Of a stretch of 39,998 nucleotides of DNA, positions 8,569 through 18,467 are shown in pieces (position 1 is the first letter of the stretch; each line of letters starts with the position of its first letter). The notes beneath the pieces are model-generated. The model was not told the origin of the DNA. It made no database searches and worked only from the letters and a program-made list of their open reading frames with translations. The translations under genes were made by a program, and so were the position numbers. Source of the DNA: Pirellulales bacterium. GTDB taxonomy: Bacteria > Planctomycetota > Planctomycetia > Pirellulales > JAICIG01. The DNA lies in the NCBI GenBank assembly GCA_040901675.1, contig JBBDYJ010000012.1, positions 1 through 39,998 of the forward strand, given 5' to 3'.

Positions 8569-11500
8569 TCATTCGAGATCGATGGTCATCGCGACTCGCA
8601 AGCCGCTGATGCTATACTCGCCGTCGGCGGCCTGCCACGTGGGCATTGCTGAACGCAGGAACCTTGGGGTCGAACGATACGAGCCTCCACGAAGCTGCGC
8701 CTCCCAGCCGGGACCTGCGCCATGGCACCACTCGCCCACGTTGCCATAGACGTCGAACAGGCCAAACGGGTTGGGTTTCCGCAGGCCGACCGGCCAGGTA
8801 TGTTCGTCCGAGTTGGCTGAATTCCAGGCAAACTGGTCGAGCAGCTCGGGCGCGTCGCCGTAGAACCGGCTGGTGATGGTTGCGGCGCGCGCCGCGTATT
8901 CCCATTCCGCGGCGGTGGGCAAACGGTAACCGGGGCGCGTGTACCAGTCATCGGGCAGGCTCATGGACGGACCAATGTCGGCCAAGGGGGGATAGCAGCA
9001 CGAATCCTCGGCCAACCCCTCCTGCTCGCTCAACCACCGGCAATAGCGGACCGCTTCATACCAGGAGACGCGGTTGATCGGGCAGGTGCGGTCGGAATTC
9101 GCCTCGGCGGCCGGCAGCCGGCTGGGATTGAATCGCGCGAATTGTTCGACGCTCACTTCATGGGCGCTGATGGCATACGTGACGCCGATCGTTTCCTCGT
9201 GCTGGACTTCGTTGACGTCTCTTCCGGTTTCGTGCTCGGGCGAACCCATGGTGAACGTGACTGGCCCGGGAACGACAAGCATGGTCATCCCCTGGGTATT
9301 GATGAACCAGTTCCGGCCTTTCGGCCGAAAAGGCCCCGCGAGGCTGGTGCGGACCGTGCGGACGGCGTCGGCATCCCCCCAGCGCACCAGCAGCCATTCG
9401 GCGGCCGCGTGTACGGCGGCGTCGGGATCGTCTTCGAACAGTTCCTTGGTCCATGCAACGACCTCGCCGCGTTCGTCCTGGGCGAGATCCGGGCGATAAC
9501 CTTCCAGCGCCACCAGCAAAGCCTGCCGCACGCCGGGGTCGTCCTCCTCCTCCAGGCGCTCGCGAACCTGGCGCCACGAAAGGCCGCTCTTGCGGATGCG
9601 ATCGATGAGGGTCGTGCGAAGGCGGGGATCGCCGTGCCAACGCAGCCGAGGCCAGAAAAGCCGGCTGGCACCCATCCGCAACAGGGTTTCGGCCGCCGAG
9701 GCCTGTCGTTCGAGCAGATGCTGATTGCCGTCTTGGGCGGTCAAAGGCACCGGCCGCTTCAACTCAGCCACGAACTTCGGCCGCAGTTCTGCCAGACGAG
9801 TCTTTGTAATCGGCAACAGGATCGTGTATTGGCTTGCGTCCGCCTCCAGCACAAGATCCGACAGGAGTTGACCGTTGAGGAAGTCCTCGTGGTCCATGGC
9901 GAAGTTGGCGATGATGCTGGCCGCCAGGACGCGTTCCTTGGAACCGGTTGCCGTCTGGTGGAACGCGTCGATCAGGGGTCGCCGCAAGCGATTTCGCACG
10001 GGCCGCAAATCCTCGATCCACGGATGGACGAGCAGCGGGTCTTGGCTGACCACGGCCTGGACCACGCGGTCGGCCACCTCGTTCCAGCCGGGGCTGGATG
10101 GATCGTAGTGGGCCAGCACGGCGGCGGCTCTGAGCGTCTTGTCGCGCGGCAATGGCCTTGATCTCAGCTCGGCCCAAAGACGAGCGGCAACGCGTTGATC
10201 CCATCGGCGCAGCTCGGCCTTCAGCACGCGGTGTGTGGCAGCGTCGGCTTCGAGCAGCCGCTCGGTAAGGAACTCCAGGCTGTTGTCGTCGAATCGTGCC
10301 AGGGCGAGGTGCGCCCGCGTGCGCTCGTCGATCGATCGGTGCGGGTCGCGTGCCAGGGCGGCAACGTGGGCCTGCCACAGCGGGCGGTGAAGCTCCATGG
10401 CATCGATCAACTCCGGCACGGCGGCATACTCGCTGGTTCGCAGGCCTTCGACGAGCAGTGCGACGCGCTGGAGCCGCGCGCTGCGGTGCGCGGCGTGCCA
10501 TAGCCCGATGCCCACGATCGCCAGGGCAAACAGGATGCCGGCCAGCGAGCCGGCTCGCAGCAGGTGGCGCCGTTTGGCAGCGCGCATCATGCGTCGTTGC
10601 GGTTCGCTCCATCTTCGTTTTTCGATGAGCAGCCGGATCGCGGCCCATTCCAGCAAAGTCGGCAGTTGCTTGGTTTCGGGAAGCCCGTTCCAGAGCATCG
10701 AGCGCTCGGTGAGCCGGATTTCCGCCCGGCCGCGGTGCGTTTCCTTTTGCTTCCTCCACAGCCATTCGCGCAGGGCGGGAACCAGGAAGTCGTGAGTCAA
10801 CTGATAATGGGGGGGCGGCTGGCTCTGGGCGGCCTGGTGAACTCCAGGCGGAGCGAGCGGCGCTTGGGCGGGCGTGATCAGCCGAAGCTCGCTGTCGAGC
10901 ACGTGGACCAGATCGGCGAACTCGTTCTCGTCGTCCGCATAGGGCGAGGCATGCAGGAGCTCGTCATACGATTTCATGTGTCCCTTGATGTCCAGGCCGA
11001 CTTCGGGCATGAGTTCGCGCAGCAAGTCCTGGGCGGCCCGCGCATGGCAGCGATGCGCCGGGTTGGCCCCGCGCGAGCCGAAAGTTTCCTCAAGGAAGGC
11101 GACGCCGACGCCGGCTGTACCGCCGGCTTTCGCCAAGGTTTCCGGCACCCAGCGCTTGGCCTTGACCATGTCGGCAAACAGGGCGAGCCGCACGCAGATC
11201 ACGCGGTCGTCTTCGGCCAGGGCTTGCACCGACTGCTCCACAAACCGTTGCTGGTCCGCGGTAAGGCGAGCGGCATCGTCCGGCAAGGCGCCATAGGCCT
11301 GGCCGAAGAGTGTGAGCACCTTGGCCGCGTGCCGTTCGTCGAAGCGATCGACCGCCGCGACATTGTGTCCCTGGACCAATTTGACGTCCAAGGCGTGCAG
11401 AAAGCGGGTTGCCGCCATCCAGAAATCGTCGCGAATCGTGATCAACGACTGAACGCGCCCTCCGTCGCAATGCCGCAGCGCCGCCACCAGCGGCGAATCA

Positions 11501-12927
11501 TCATCGGGCCCGGCTGCATGCAGGTATTGCTCGAACTGATCCAAGACGAGCAGCAGTTTCTGACCCCGGGGCAGCCACTCCCCCTCGCGGATGCCGGCGA
11601 TCAAATCGGGTAGATCGGCCGCGCCGGCGGCCGGGAGTTTCTTGCGTATTTCGTTGGCCAGGCGGACGGCCATGTCCCTGGCAGTCGCCTCCACGTAAAC
11701 CCGCAGCACCGCGGGATTCAGCCGCGGCAACAGGCCCGCCTTGACGAACGACGATTTCCCGCTGCCGCTGGGGCCGTAGATCAACCCGACCGGGAACGTG
11801 CGATCGGGATCCACGGGTTCGATCCGCGCCTTCCAGAAACGAATCGAGTCGGGGAGGCCGTCGCGGTCCTTCGGGCCCGGCAACAGCTCGATGAAAAAGT
11901 CGGCGTCGTCCCCGTCGAACGCGCGCAGGCCCTTGGGCAGGATTTTGACCGGCGGCTCCGAACGCACGGCGTCGCCCACGGCCTGGCAGTTCAGCCAGTG
12001 CCGCAGCTCCTCCGCCAGGTCCGTGGCCGAGGGGTAGCGATCGGCCACGTGCGGGGCAAGGCAACGCAGGCAGATGCGTTCCAGTTGTGCGGACAGATCG
12101 GGTTCGATTTGCCGCGGCGGAACGATGACCGCCGCGAGAATCGCCTCATAAAGTTCCTCCCGGTTCCGACCGGAAAAAGGAGGCCGCCCCACCAACATCT
12201 CGTACAAGATGACACCGAGACTCCAGATGTCGGCGCGACCGTCGAGGCGATGCATCTCGCCGCGGACTTGTTCCGGCGCCATGTACCTGGGGGTTCCCGC
12301 CCGCACACCTTTGCGCCCCTGCTGCCGGCTTTCGTGAAGAGCCAGGCCGAAGTCCGCCACGAAGGCGCGGCCAGCGGCGTCCAACAGGATGTTTTGGGGT
12401 TTCAAGTCGCAATGAAACAGTCCCTGCTGGTGAGCATGCGAAATCGCCTCCGCAATTTCGGCCACAAGGCGTGCCGAGCGGGCTGGAGAAAACCTGTCGC
12501 GACCGAGCGCCGTGAATAGATCGCACCCATCGATGTAGTCCTGGACGATGTACAGCCCGTGGTTGTCGAGGTCGACGTCATAGACGGCCACAATGCCGGG
12601 GTGCCGGAGCCGCATGGCATGGCGGGCTTCGTTGAGAAAGTTTTCCAGGTCGGCATCCGAGCGGAATCGGTCCTGGCGCGCGAGCTTGACGGCAACGTCC
12701 TTCTCGAGATGCGGATGCCATGCCAGGTACACGATGCCGAACGATCCCTGCCCCACCTGGCGCTTGACGGCGTACTTGCCGATGCTTTTCGGAAGCGCGT
12801 GCTGCTCGTCGACGGGATCGTCCACCGAAAAGGACTGGTCGATCGTGTCGGCCAGGTGTCTGGTCGCGCCGGCTTCGCTCAAGCCATGCGTCGGACCCAA
12901 CCTGGACTCGTCATGGCAATCATTCAT
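8569..12927 (-). CDS. Ser/Thr protein kinase - STAND-like P-loop NTPase - TM - helical repeats - FGE-sulfatase (SUMF1) domain protein
   Basis: Kinase motifs GQGSFGIV, VAVK, HCDLKPQN, DFG, YMAPE; Walker A GPSGSGKSS and Walker B LLLVLDQFE; one TM (LAGILFALAIVGIGLW); FGE motifs FTMGSP, YRLPTAAEWEYAAR, PNPFGLFDVYGNVGEW, RGGS. Confidence 0.9.
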   Translation of the reverse strand: MNDCHDESRLGPTHGLSEAGATRHLADTIDQSFSVDDPVDEQHALPKSIGKYAVKRQVGQGSFGIVYLAWHPHLEKDVAVKLARQDRFRSDADLENFLNEARHAMRLRHPGIVAVYDVDLDNHGLYIVQDYIDGCDLFTALGRDRFSPARSARLVAEIAEAISHAHQQGLFHCDLKPQNILLDAAGRAFVADFGLALHESRQQGRKGVRAGTPRYMAPEQVRGEMHRLDGRADIWSLGVILYEMLVGRPPFSGRNREELYEAILAAVIVPPRQIEPDLSAQLERICLRCLAPHVADRYPSATDLAEELRHWLNCQAVGDAVRSEPPVKILPKGLRAFDGDDADFFIELLPGPKDRDGLPDSIRFWKARIEPVDPDRTFPVGLIYGPSGSGKSSFVKAGLLPRLNPAVLRVYVEATARDMAVRLANEIRKKLPAAGAADLPDLIAGIREGEWLPRGQKLLLVLDQFEQYLHAAGPDDDSPLVAALRHCDGGRVQSLITIRDDFWMAATRFLHALDVKLVQGHNVAAVDRFDERHAAKVLTLFGQAYGALPDDAARLTADQQRFVEQSVQALAEDDRVICVRLALFADMVKAKRWVPETLAKAGGTAGVGVAFLEETFGSRGANPAHRCHARAAQDLLRELMPEVGLDIKGHMKSYDELLHASPYADDENEFADLVHVLDSELRLITPAQAPLAPPGVHQAAQSQPPPHYQLTHDFLVPALREWLWRKQKETHRGRAEIRLTERSMLWNGLPETKQLPTLLEWAAIRLLIEKRRWSEPQRRMMRAAKRRHLLRAGSLAGILFALAIVGIGLWHAAHRSARLQRVALLVEGLRTSEYAAVPELIDAMELHRPLWQAHVAALARDPHRSIDERTRAHLALARFDDNSLEFLTERLLEADAATHRVLKAELRRWDQRVAARLWAELRSRPLPRDKTLRAAAVLAHYDPSSPGWNEVADRVVQAVVSQDPLLVHPWIEDLRPVRNRLRRPLIDAFHQTATGSKERVLAASIIANFAMDHEDFLNGQLLSDLVLEADASQYTILLPITKTRLAELRPKFVAELKRPVPLTAQDGNQHLLERQASAAETLLRMGASRLFWPRLRWHGDPRLRTTLIDRIRKSGLSWRQVRERLEEEDDPGVRQALLVALEGYRPDLAQDERGEVVAWTKELFEDDPDAAVHAAAEWLLVRWGDADAVRTVRTSLAGPFRPKGRNWFINTQGMTMLVVPGPVTFTMGSPEHETGRDVNEVQHEETIGVTYAISAHEVSVEQFARFNPSRLPAAEANSDRTCPINRVSWYEAVRYCRWLSEQEGLAEDSCCYPPLADIGPSMSLPDDWYTRPGYRLPTAAEWEYAARAATITSRFYGDAPELLDQFAWNSANSDEHTWPVGLRKPNPFGLFDVYGNVGEWCHGAGPGWEAQLRGGSYRSTPRFLRSAMPTWQAADGEYSISGLRVAMTIDLE

Positions 12928-13195
12928 CAGAAAGCCGCCTTACGCCGAGAACCGGCAGGGTTGCATGGGCCCCCCGTGGGTCGCACCCGTGACGAGGATC
13001 ATACACCATCCGGCCAGCACCTACAAATTTCCCCGGCCCGCCGTCCGGTGCGCGGAGGCCGCCATGGTACCCGGCGCGTCGGCGCCGAACCTGGATTGAT
13101 CCGGCGGGGTTGTGTAGCATGGAAGCCAATCTGCCGCCGGTTTCCAGCCGCTTGCTCAAACAGACCCCCATTTTTTCCTGGAGAGGATAAGGCTC

Positions 13196-14455
13196 ATGAT
13201 CGATCGCCCCGGCTTGTGGAGTTGGTCCTCGGTGCTGCTGCTGGCTCTCTCGACAGGGGTCGGAGCCCAGGAGTGGACCCGGTTTCGGGGCCCCAACGGC
13301 ACCGGGCTGAGTGACGCCACCACGATCCCCACGCGCTGGACCGAAAAGGACTTCAACTGGAAGGTCGAGCTGCCGGGCGTCGGCCACTCTTCGCCCGTGC
13401 TGTGGGGCGATCGGATCTTCCTGACCAGCGCCTTCGAGGACACCGCCACCCGGATCGTGCTCTGCCTCGATGCGGCCGACGGCAAGATCCTCTGGCAGCG
13501 GCAGTTCCGGTTCACGCTGCACGGCAAGCACAAGTTCAACAGCTTCGCCAGCAGCACGCCGGCGGTCGACGAAGAACGCGTCTACCTGACCTGGTCGGCG
13601 CCGGAAGAATACACGCTGTTGGCCCTGGACCATGAGGGCAACGACGTCTGGTATGCCGACCTGGGCCCCTTCGTGGGCGACCATAGCGGCGGCACGTCGC
13701 CCATGGTTTATGAAGATCTTGTGGTGCTGGGCGGAGACCAGGGGTTGAGCAACGGTCCCCCGGATGCCGATAGCTTTCTGGTCGCGGTCGATCGCCGCAC
13801 GGGCCAGCGGCGCTGGCAGACCGGGCGGCGCACCGAGAACGCGGCCTACTCCACCCCCTGCGTCTATCAACCCGACGGCCAGCCGGCGCAGTTGATCTTC
13901 AACAGCGGCGCTCACGGCATCTCGGGCATCGACCCGCGTACAGGCGAGACCATGTGGGAGCTCGACGTGCTCGATAAGCGAAGCGTCAGCTCGCCCATCG
14001 TGACCGCGGGACTGGTTTTCGGCACTACGGGATCTGGGGGCGGCGGCCACTACCTGGCCGCCGTGCGGCCTCCTGCGCCCGGCAGCGACGGCAAGCCGGA
14101 ATTGGTCTATGGCGTGCCCGATCTGGCGCCGTACGTGCCCACGCTGATAGCCAAGGACGGGCTGGTCTTCCTGTGGCACGACAAAGGGAAGGTGACCTGC
14201 CTGCGGGCCGCCACGGGGGATGAGTTGTGGAGCGAGCGGGTGGGCGGGAATTTTTCCGGTTCGCCGGTGATCGCGGGCGACCGGCTGTACGCGATTGCCG
14301 AGAACGGCACCGTGGTCGTGCTGGCCGCGGGGGAAAAGTTCGAGCTGCTGGGGCGCAACCCGCTGGGCGAAGACAGCCGCAGCACGCCCGCGGTGGCCGG
14401 CGGGAGGATGTATCTGCGGACTTTGTCGCACCTGATTAGCGTGGGCGGCAAATAA
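13196..14455 (+). CDS. Secreted PQQ-like beta-propeller protein (BamB-like)
   Basis: Signal peptide, then EWTRFRGPNGTG, GHSSPV, repeated LDAADGKILW-type blades and C-terminal STPAVAGGRMYLRT; GAGGA SD. Confidence 0.88.
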   Translation: MIDRPGLWSWSSVLLLALSTGVGAQEWTRFRGPNGTGLSDATTIPTRWTEKDFNWKVELPGVGHSSPVLWGDRIFLTSAFEDTATRIVLCLDAADGKILWQRQFRFTLHGKHKFNSFASSTPAVDEERVYLTWSAPEEYTLLALDHEGNDVWYADLGPFVGDHSGGTSPMVYEDLVVLGGDQGLSNGPPDADSFLVAVDRRTGQRRWQTGRRTENAAYSTPCVYQPDGQPAQLIFNSGAHGISGIDPRTGETMWELDVLDKRSVSSPIVTAGLVFGTTGSGGGGHYLAAVRPPAPGSDGKPELVYGVPDLAPYVPTLIAKDGLVFLWHDKGKVTCLRAATGDELWSERVGGNFSGSPVIAGDRLYAIAENGTVVVLAAGEKFELLGRNPLGEDSRSTPAVAGGRMYLRTLSHLISVGGK

Positions 14456-14540
14456 CGCCCGAGATGGACGCGGGCGCAGCAACGCCGTGCGGCCGCTTCG
14501 GCGGACCAGACACAGCAGGCTGGAGTCCCGCGCCACGTTT

Positions 14541-17500
14541 ATGAACAAGCCGAACTGGGCCTTCTGGATCGACGTCGGCGGCACATTCACCGACTGCATC
14601 GCCCGGCGGCCTGATGGCACGTTGATCCGGCACAAGCTGCTGTCCAGCGGCGTCGTGAAAGGCGCCGCGGCGGCCGGATCGGGCCGCGCGCGGATCGTTG
14701 ATCCGGCGCGCCAGGCGGACCCCGAACAGTTTTGGGAAGGCTGCGAGCTGAGGCTGCTCGACGGCAACGGACGGCTGCTGGCCCGTGCGCGAGTCGCCGC
14801 ATTTGATCGTGCGTCGGGGCTGCTGGAGCTGTCAGAGCCCCTTGCTACCGCACCGCGGCCGGGCCAGGCGTACGAACTTGCACCCGGCGAAGAGGCGCCG
14901 CTGGTGGCGATCCGGTACCTGCTGGGGCTCCGGCTGGCCGATCCGCTGCCTCCCGCCAGCGTGAGGCTGGGCACCACCCGCGGCACGAACGCATTGATCA
15001 CCCGCCGGGGCGCACGCACGGCGCTGGTCACCACCCGCGGCTTCGGAGACATCCTGCACATCGGCTATCAGAACCGGCCGCGGCTGTTTGAACTCGACAT
15101 CCGCAAGCCGGAACCGCTGTTCGCCGCCGCGGTCGAGATCGACGAGCGGGTGACGGCCAGCGGCGAGGTGCTGGCCGCTCCCGACGCCGAAACGGTCGGG
15201 CGGCAATTGTCGGAGTTGAGATCGCGTGGCATCGAGTCGCTGGCCATCTGCCTGCTGCACGCCTCGGAGCATCCGGGGCACGAGCAGTTGGTGGCCCGCG
15301 TGGCGCGCGAGATCGGTTTCGAGGAAGTCAGCGAAAGCCATCGCGTGGCGCCGCTGGTGAAGATCGTCTCGCGCGGCGACACGACCGTGATGGACGCCTA
15401 CTTGAATCCGGTGCTGCGGGCCTACGTCGATACACTGCGCGGGGCCCTGGCAGGGAGCGAGCTGCGGATCATGACATCCGCCGGCGGCCTCGTTTCGGCC
15501 TCGAACTTCGTGGGAAAGGACAGCATTCTCTCCGGGCCGGCGGGGGGCGTGGTGGGGTTCTCGCAAGCCGCCCGGGCGGCGGGGTTCGAACGGGCCATCG
15601 GCTTCGACATGGGTGGCACCAGCACCGACGTGGCCCGCTTCGACGGGCGCCATGAGCTGGAGTACGAGACCGAGAAGTCGGGCGTGCGGATCGTGGCGCC
15701 GATGCTGGCGATCGAGACGGTGGCCGCGGGCGGCGGCAGCATCTGCACATTCGACGGGGTGAAGCTGGTCGTGGGTCCCGACAGCGCCGGAGCGGAGCCC
15801 GGCCCCGCCTGCTATGGTCGAGGCGGCCCGCTGGCCGTCACGGATCTGAATTTTTACCTGGGCAAGATTCTGGCCCGGCACTTTCCCTTTCCGCTCGATC
15901 GCCGGGCCGTGGAGAGCCGGCTGGCGGCGTTGGCGGACCAGGTTGAGCAGGCCGGCTCGACGCGGTATTCACCGGACGAGCTGTGCGAGGGGCTGTTGCG
16001 GGTGGCCAACGCCAGCATGGTGCGGGCGATCCGGTCGATATCGGTCGCCAAGGGTTGCGATCCGCGGGACTACGTGCTGGTGGCGTTCGGCGGAGCGGCG
16101 CCACAGCATGCCTGCGCCGTGGCAGCCGAATTGGGGATGAGGCAAGTGCTGATCCATCCCGATGCCAGCATCCTCAGTGCGTATGGCATCGGGCTGGCCG
16201 ACGTCACGCGGCATGGCGTGGCCGGCATCTACCGGGCTTACGATCCCGCGGGACTGGTCCACGTGCGACAGGTGCTGGACGAGCTGTCGGCCAAGGCGCG
16301 GGCCGAGGTGATCGCCGAGGGCGTGCCGGCGGAGCGGGTGGAAGTGCGCGAACACCTGGACCTGCGCTACCGGGGCCTGGATGCGTGGCTCTCGATCGCG
16401 GCGCCTGCCTCGGGCGACTATTGTGAAGCCTACGAAGCGGAGCACGAAAAACTGTACGGCTACCGGCACGCCGGGCGTCCGCTGGAGATCGTGGCGGCAC
16501 GGGTCGAGGCGATCGGCCGCACCGAGCGCTATGATCGACCGGCTCGCCCGGTTCGGCCCCGCGCGTTGCCGGCGAGCCGGGCGACAAGCGTTTATTTTGG
16601 AGGGGAGGTTCAGCAGGCCGGTTTGTTCGACCGCGCGGAGCTGGCGCCGGGCGACCGGATTTCCGGGCCGGCGGTCGTGTACGAGCCGCTCTCGACGACC
16701 ATCGTCGATCCCGGTTGGGAGGCGGAGGTCCTGGCTCGCGGCGAGCTGCTGCTGGGGCAAGCCGTTGATGCGCCGGCCCGCCATGCGGCGCTGCCCGAAC
16801 AGGCTGCACCCGGCCAGGCCGACCCCGCCTTGCTCGAAATATTCAACCACCAGTTCGCCGGGATCGCGGAACAGATGGGCATCACGCTGCGCAACACGGC
16901 CGGCAGCGTGAACGTGAAGGAGCGGCTGGACTTCAGTTGCGCCGTATTCACCGCCCAGGGCGAGCTGGTGGTCAACGCGCCGCACATTCCGGTACACCTG
17001 GGCGCGATGGGAGAGACGGTGCGGCGGCTGTTGGCCGACAACCCCGACCTGGCCCCGGGCGACGTGCTGGTGACCAACGATCCGTTCCGCGGCGGCTCGC
17101 ACCTGCCCGACGTGACCGTGGTGACGCCCGTCCACGACAGCGGCACAGGCCGGCTGTTGTTCTTCACGGCCAGCCGAGCCCACCATGCCGAGATCGGCGG
17201 AATCTCGCCGGGGTCGATGCCTCCCTTCTCGCGCAGCCTGGCCGAAGAGGGCGTGCTCATCCGCAACTTCAAGCTGGTGGCGGCCGGGCAGTCGCGGATC
17301 GACGAGCTGGCCACGCTGCTGGCCTCGGGGCCGTACCCGAGCCGGGCGGTGGCCGACAACCTGGCCGACATCACCGCCCAGGTGGCCGCCAACCGCCAGG
17401 GCGCCCGCGACCTGTCGCGGCTGATCGAGCGCTATGGCCTGCCGCTGGTCGAATCTTACATGCAGCACATCCAGTGGGCGGCCGAGCGGAAGACGCAGGG

Positions 17501-18404
17501 CGCGCTGGCCCGGCTGCCTCGCGGCCGGTACCACTTTGTGGACCACCTGGACGACGGCTCGCCGATCGCCGTTGCGTTGACCAGCGACGGCCGGTCGGCG
17601 ACGTTCGACTTCACCGGCACCGGCCCCGTGCTGCCCGGCAACCTGAACGCCAACCGGGCGATCGTTACGGCGGCGGTGATCTATGTGCTGCGGTTGTTGA
17701 TCGACGAAGACATCCCGCTCAACCAGGGGATGCTGGCGCCGGTCCGGTTCGTGCTGCCCGAGTGCCTGCTGAATCCCCCCGAGGGGGCCACGGCGGCCGA
17801 GTGCGCCGCCGTGGTCGGCGGCAACGTCGAGACATCGCAGCGGGTGGTCGACGCGCTGCTGGGGGCACTGGGCGTAGCGGCCGCCAGCCAGGGTACGATG
17901 AACAACCTGGTCTTCGGCGACCGGCACTTCGGCTACTACGAGACGATTTGCGGCGGCGCCGGAGCGACGCCGGCCGCCGATGGCGCGAGCGCCGTCCACA
18001 CCCACATGACCAACACCCGCTTGACGGACCCTGAAGTGCTGGAGCGCCGCTACCCGGTGCGGGTTCACGAGTTTTCGATCCGGCGTGGCTCGGGCGGGGC
18101 GGGCGCCCGGCGAGGCGGCGACGGCGTGGTGCGACGGCTGGAGTTTCTGCGGCCGTTGGAAGTTTCGATCCTCAGTTCCCGCCGCGGGGCCTATCCGCCT
18201 TACGGCGCCGCGGGCGGACAGCCCGGCGCCTTGGGTCGCAATACGCTGACGCGGGCCGATGGATCTGTGCAGATTCTGCCCGGCTCGGCCCAGTTCGTGG
18301 CCCAAGGGGGCGACGTGCTGACCGTGGAGACTCCCGGCGGCGGGGGGTACGGTCGCTGGCCGGACCCTGTGCAGCCGGCCGGCAGGGCCGATACAATGGG
18401 TTAG
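14541..18404 (+). CDS. oplA: ATP-dependent 5-oxoprolinase / hydantoinase A+B fusion
   Basis: WIDVGGTFTD, GTTRGTNAL, SGPAGGV, FDMGGTSTD, ETVAAGGGS, NVKERLDFSCA, HIPVHLGAM, GGSHLPD, HHAEIGG, HTHMTNT and TPGGGGYG motifs. Confidence 0.9.
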   Translation: MNKPNWAFWIDVGGTFTDCIARRPDGTLIRHKLLSSGVVKGAAAAGSGRARIVDPARQADPEQFWEGCELRLLDGNGRLLARARVAAFDRASGLLELSEPLATAPRPGQAYELAPGEEAPLVAIRYLLGLRLADPLPPASVRLGTTRGTNALITRRGARTALVTTRGFGDILHIGYQNRPRLFELDIRKPEPLFAAAVEIDERVTASGEVLAAPDAETVGRQLSELRSRGIESLAICLLHASEHPGHEQLVARVAREIGFEEVSESHRVAPLVKIVSRGDTTVMDAYLNPVLRAYVDTLRGALAGSELRIMTSAGGLVSASNFVGKDSILSGPAGGVVGFSQAARAAGFERAIGFDMGGTSTDVARFDGRHELEYETEKSGVRIVAPMLAIETVAAGGGSICTFDGVKLVVGPDSAGAEPGPACYGRGGPLAVTDLNFYLGKILARHFPFPLDRRAVESRLAALADQVEQAGSTRYSPDELCEGLLRVANASMVRAIRSISVAKGCDPRDYVLVAFGGAAPQHACAVAAELGMRQVLIHPDASILSAYGIGLADVTRHGVAGIYRAYDPAGLVHVRQVLDELSAKARAEVIAEGVPAERVEVREHLDLRYRGLDAWLSIAAPASGDYCEAYEAEHEKLYGYRHAGRPLEIVAARVEAIGRTERYDRPARPVRPRALPASRATSVYFGGEVQQAGLFDRAELAPGDRISGPAVVYEPLSTTIVDPGWEAEVLARGELLLGQAVDAPARHAALPEQAAPGQADPALLEIFNHQFAGIAEQMGITLRNTAGSVNVKERLDFSCAVFTAQGELVVNAPHIPVHLGAMGETVRRLLADNPDLAPGDVLVTNDPFRGGSHLPDVTVVTPVHDSGTGRLLFFTASRAHHAEIGGISPGSMPPFSRSLAEEGVLIRNFKLVAAGQSRIDELATLLASGPYPSRAVADNLADITAQVAANRQGARDLSRLIERYGLPLVESYMQHIQWAAERKTQGALARLPRGRYHFVDHLDDGSPIAVALTSDGRSATFDFTGTGPVLPGNLNANRAIVTAAVIYVLRLLIDEDIPLNQGMLAPVRFVLPECLLNPPEGATAAECAAVVGGNVETSQRVVDALLGALGVAAASQGTMNNLVFGDRHFGYYETICGGAGATPAADGASAVHTHMTNTRLTDPEVLERRYPVRVHEFSIRRGSGGAGARRGGDGVVRRLEFLRPLEVSILSSRRGAYPPYGAAGGQPGALGRNTLTRADGSVQILPGSAQFVAQGGDVLTVETPGGGGYGRWPDPVQPAGRADTMG

Positions 18405-18467
18405 CCGCCCCGGCCCGGGTGGAGTGCCTGGGAAGCGTGGCCGGCCGGTTCCGAGAGACGTTGCTGG

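Noticed and set aside
13196..14455. PQQ-dependent dehydrogenase or true BamB
   Set aside because: No catalytic motifs or lipobox; fits the large planctomycete propeller paralog family of unknown function.
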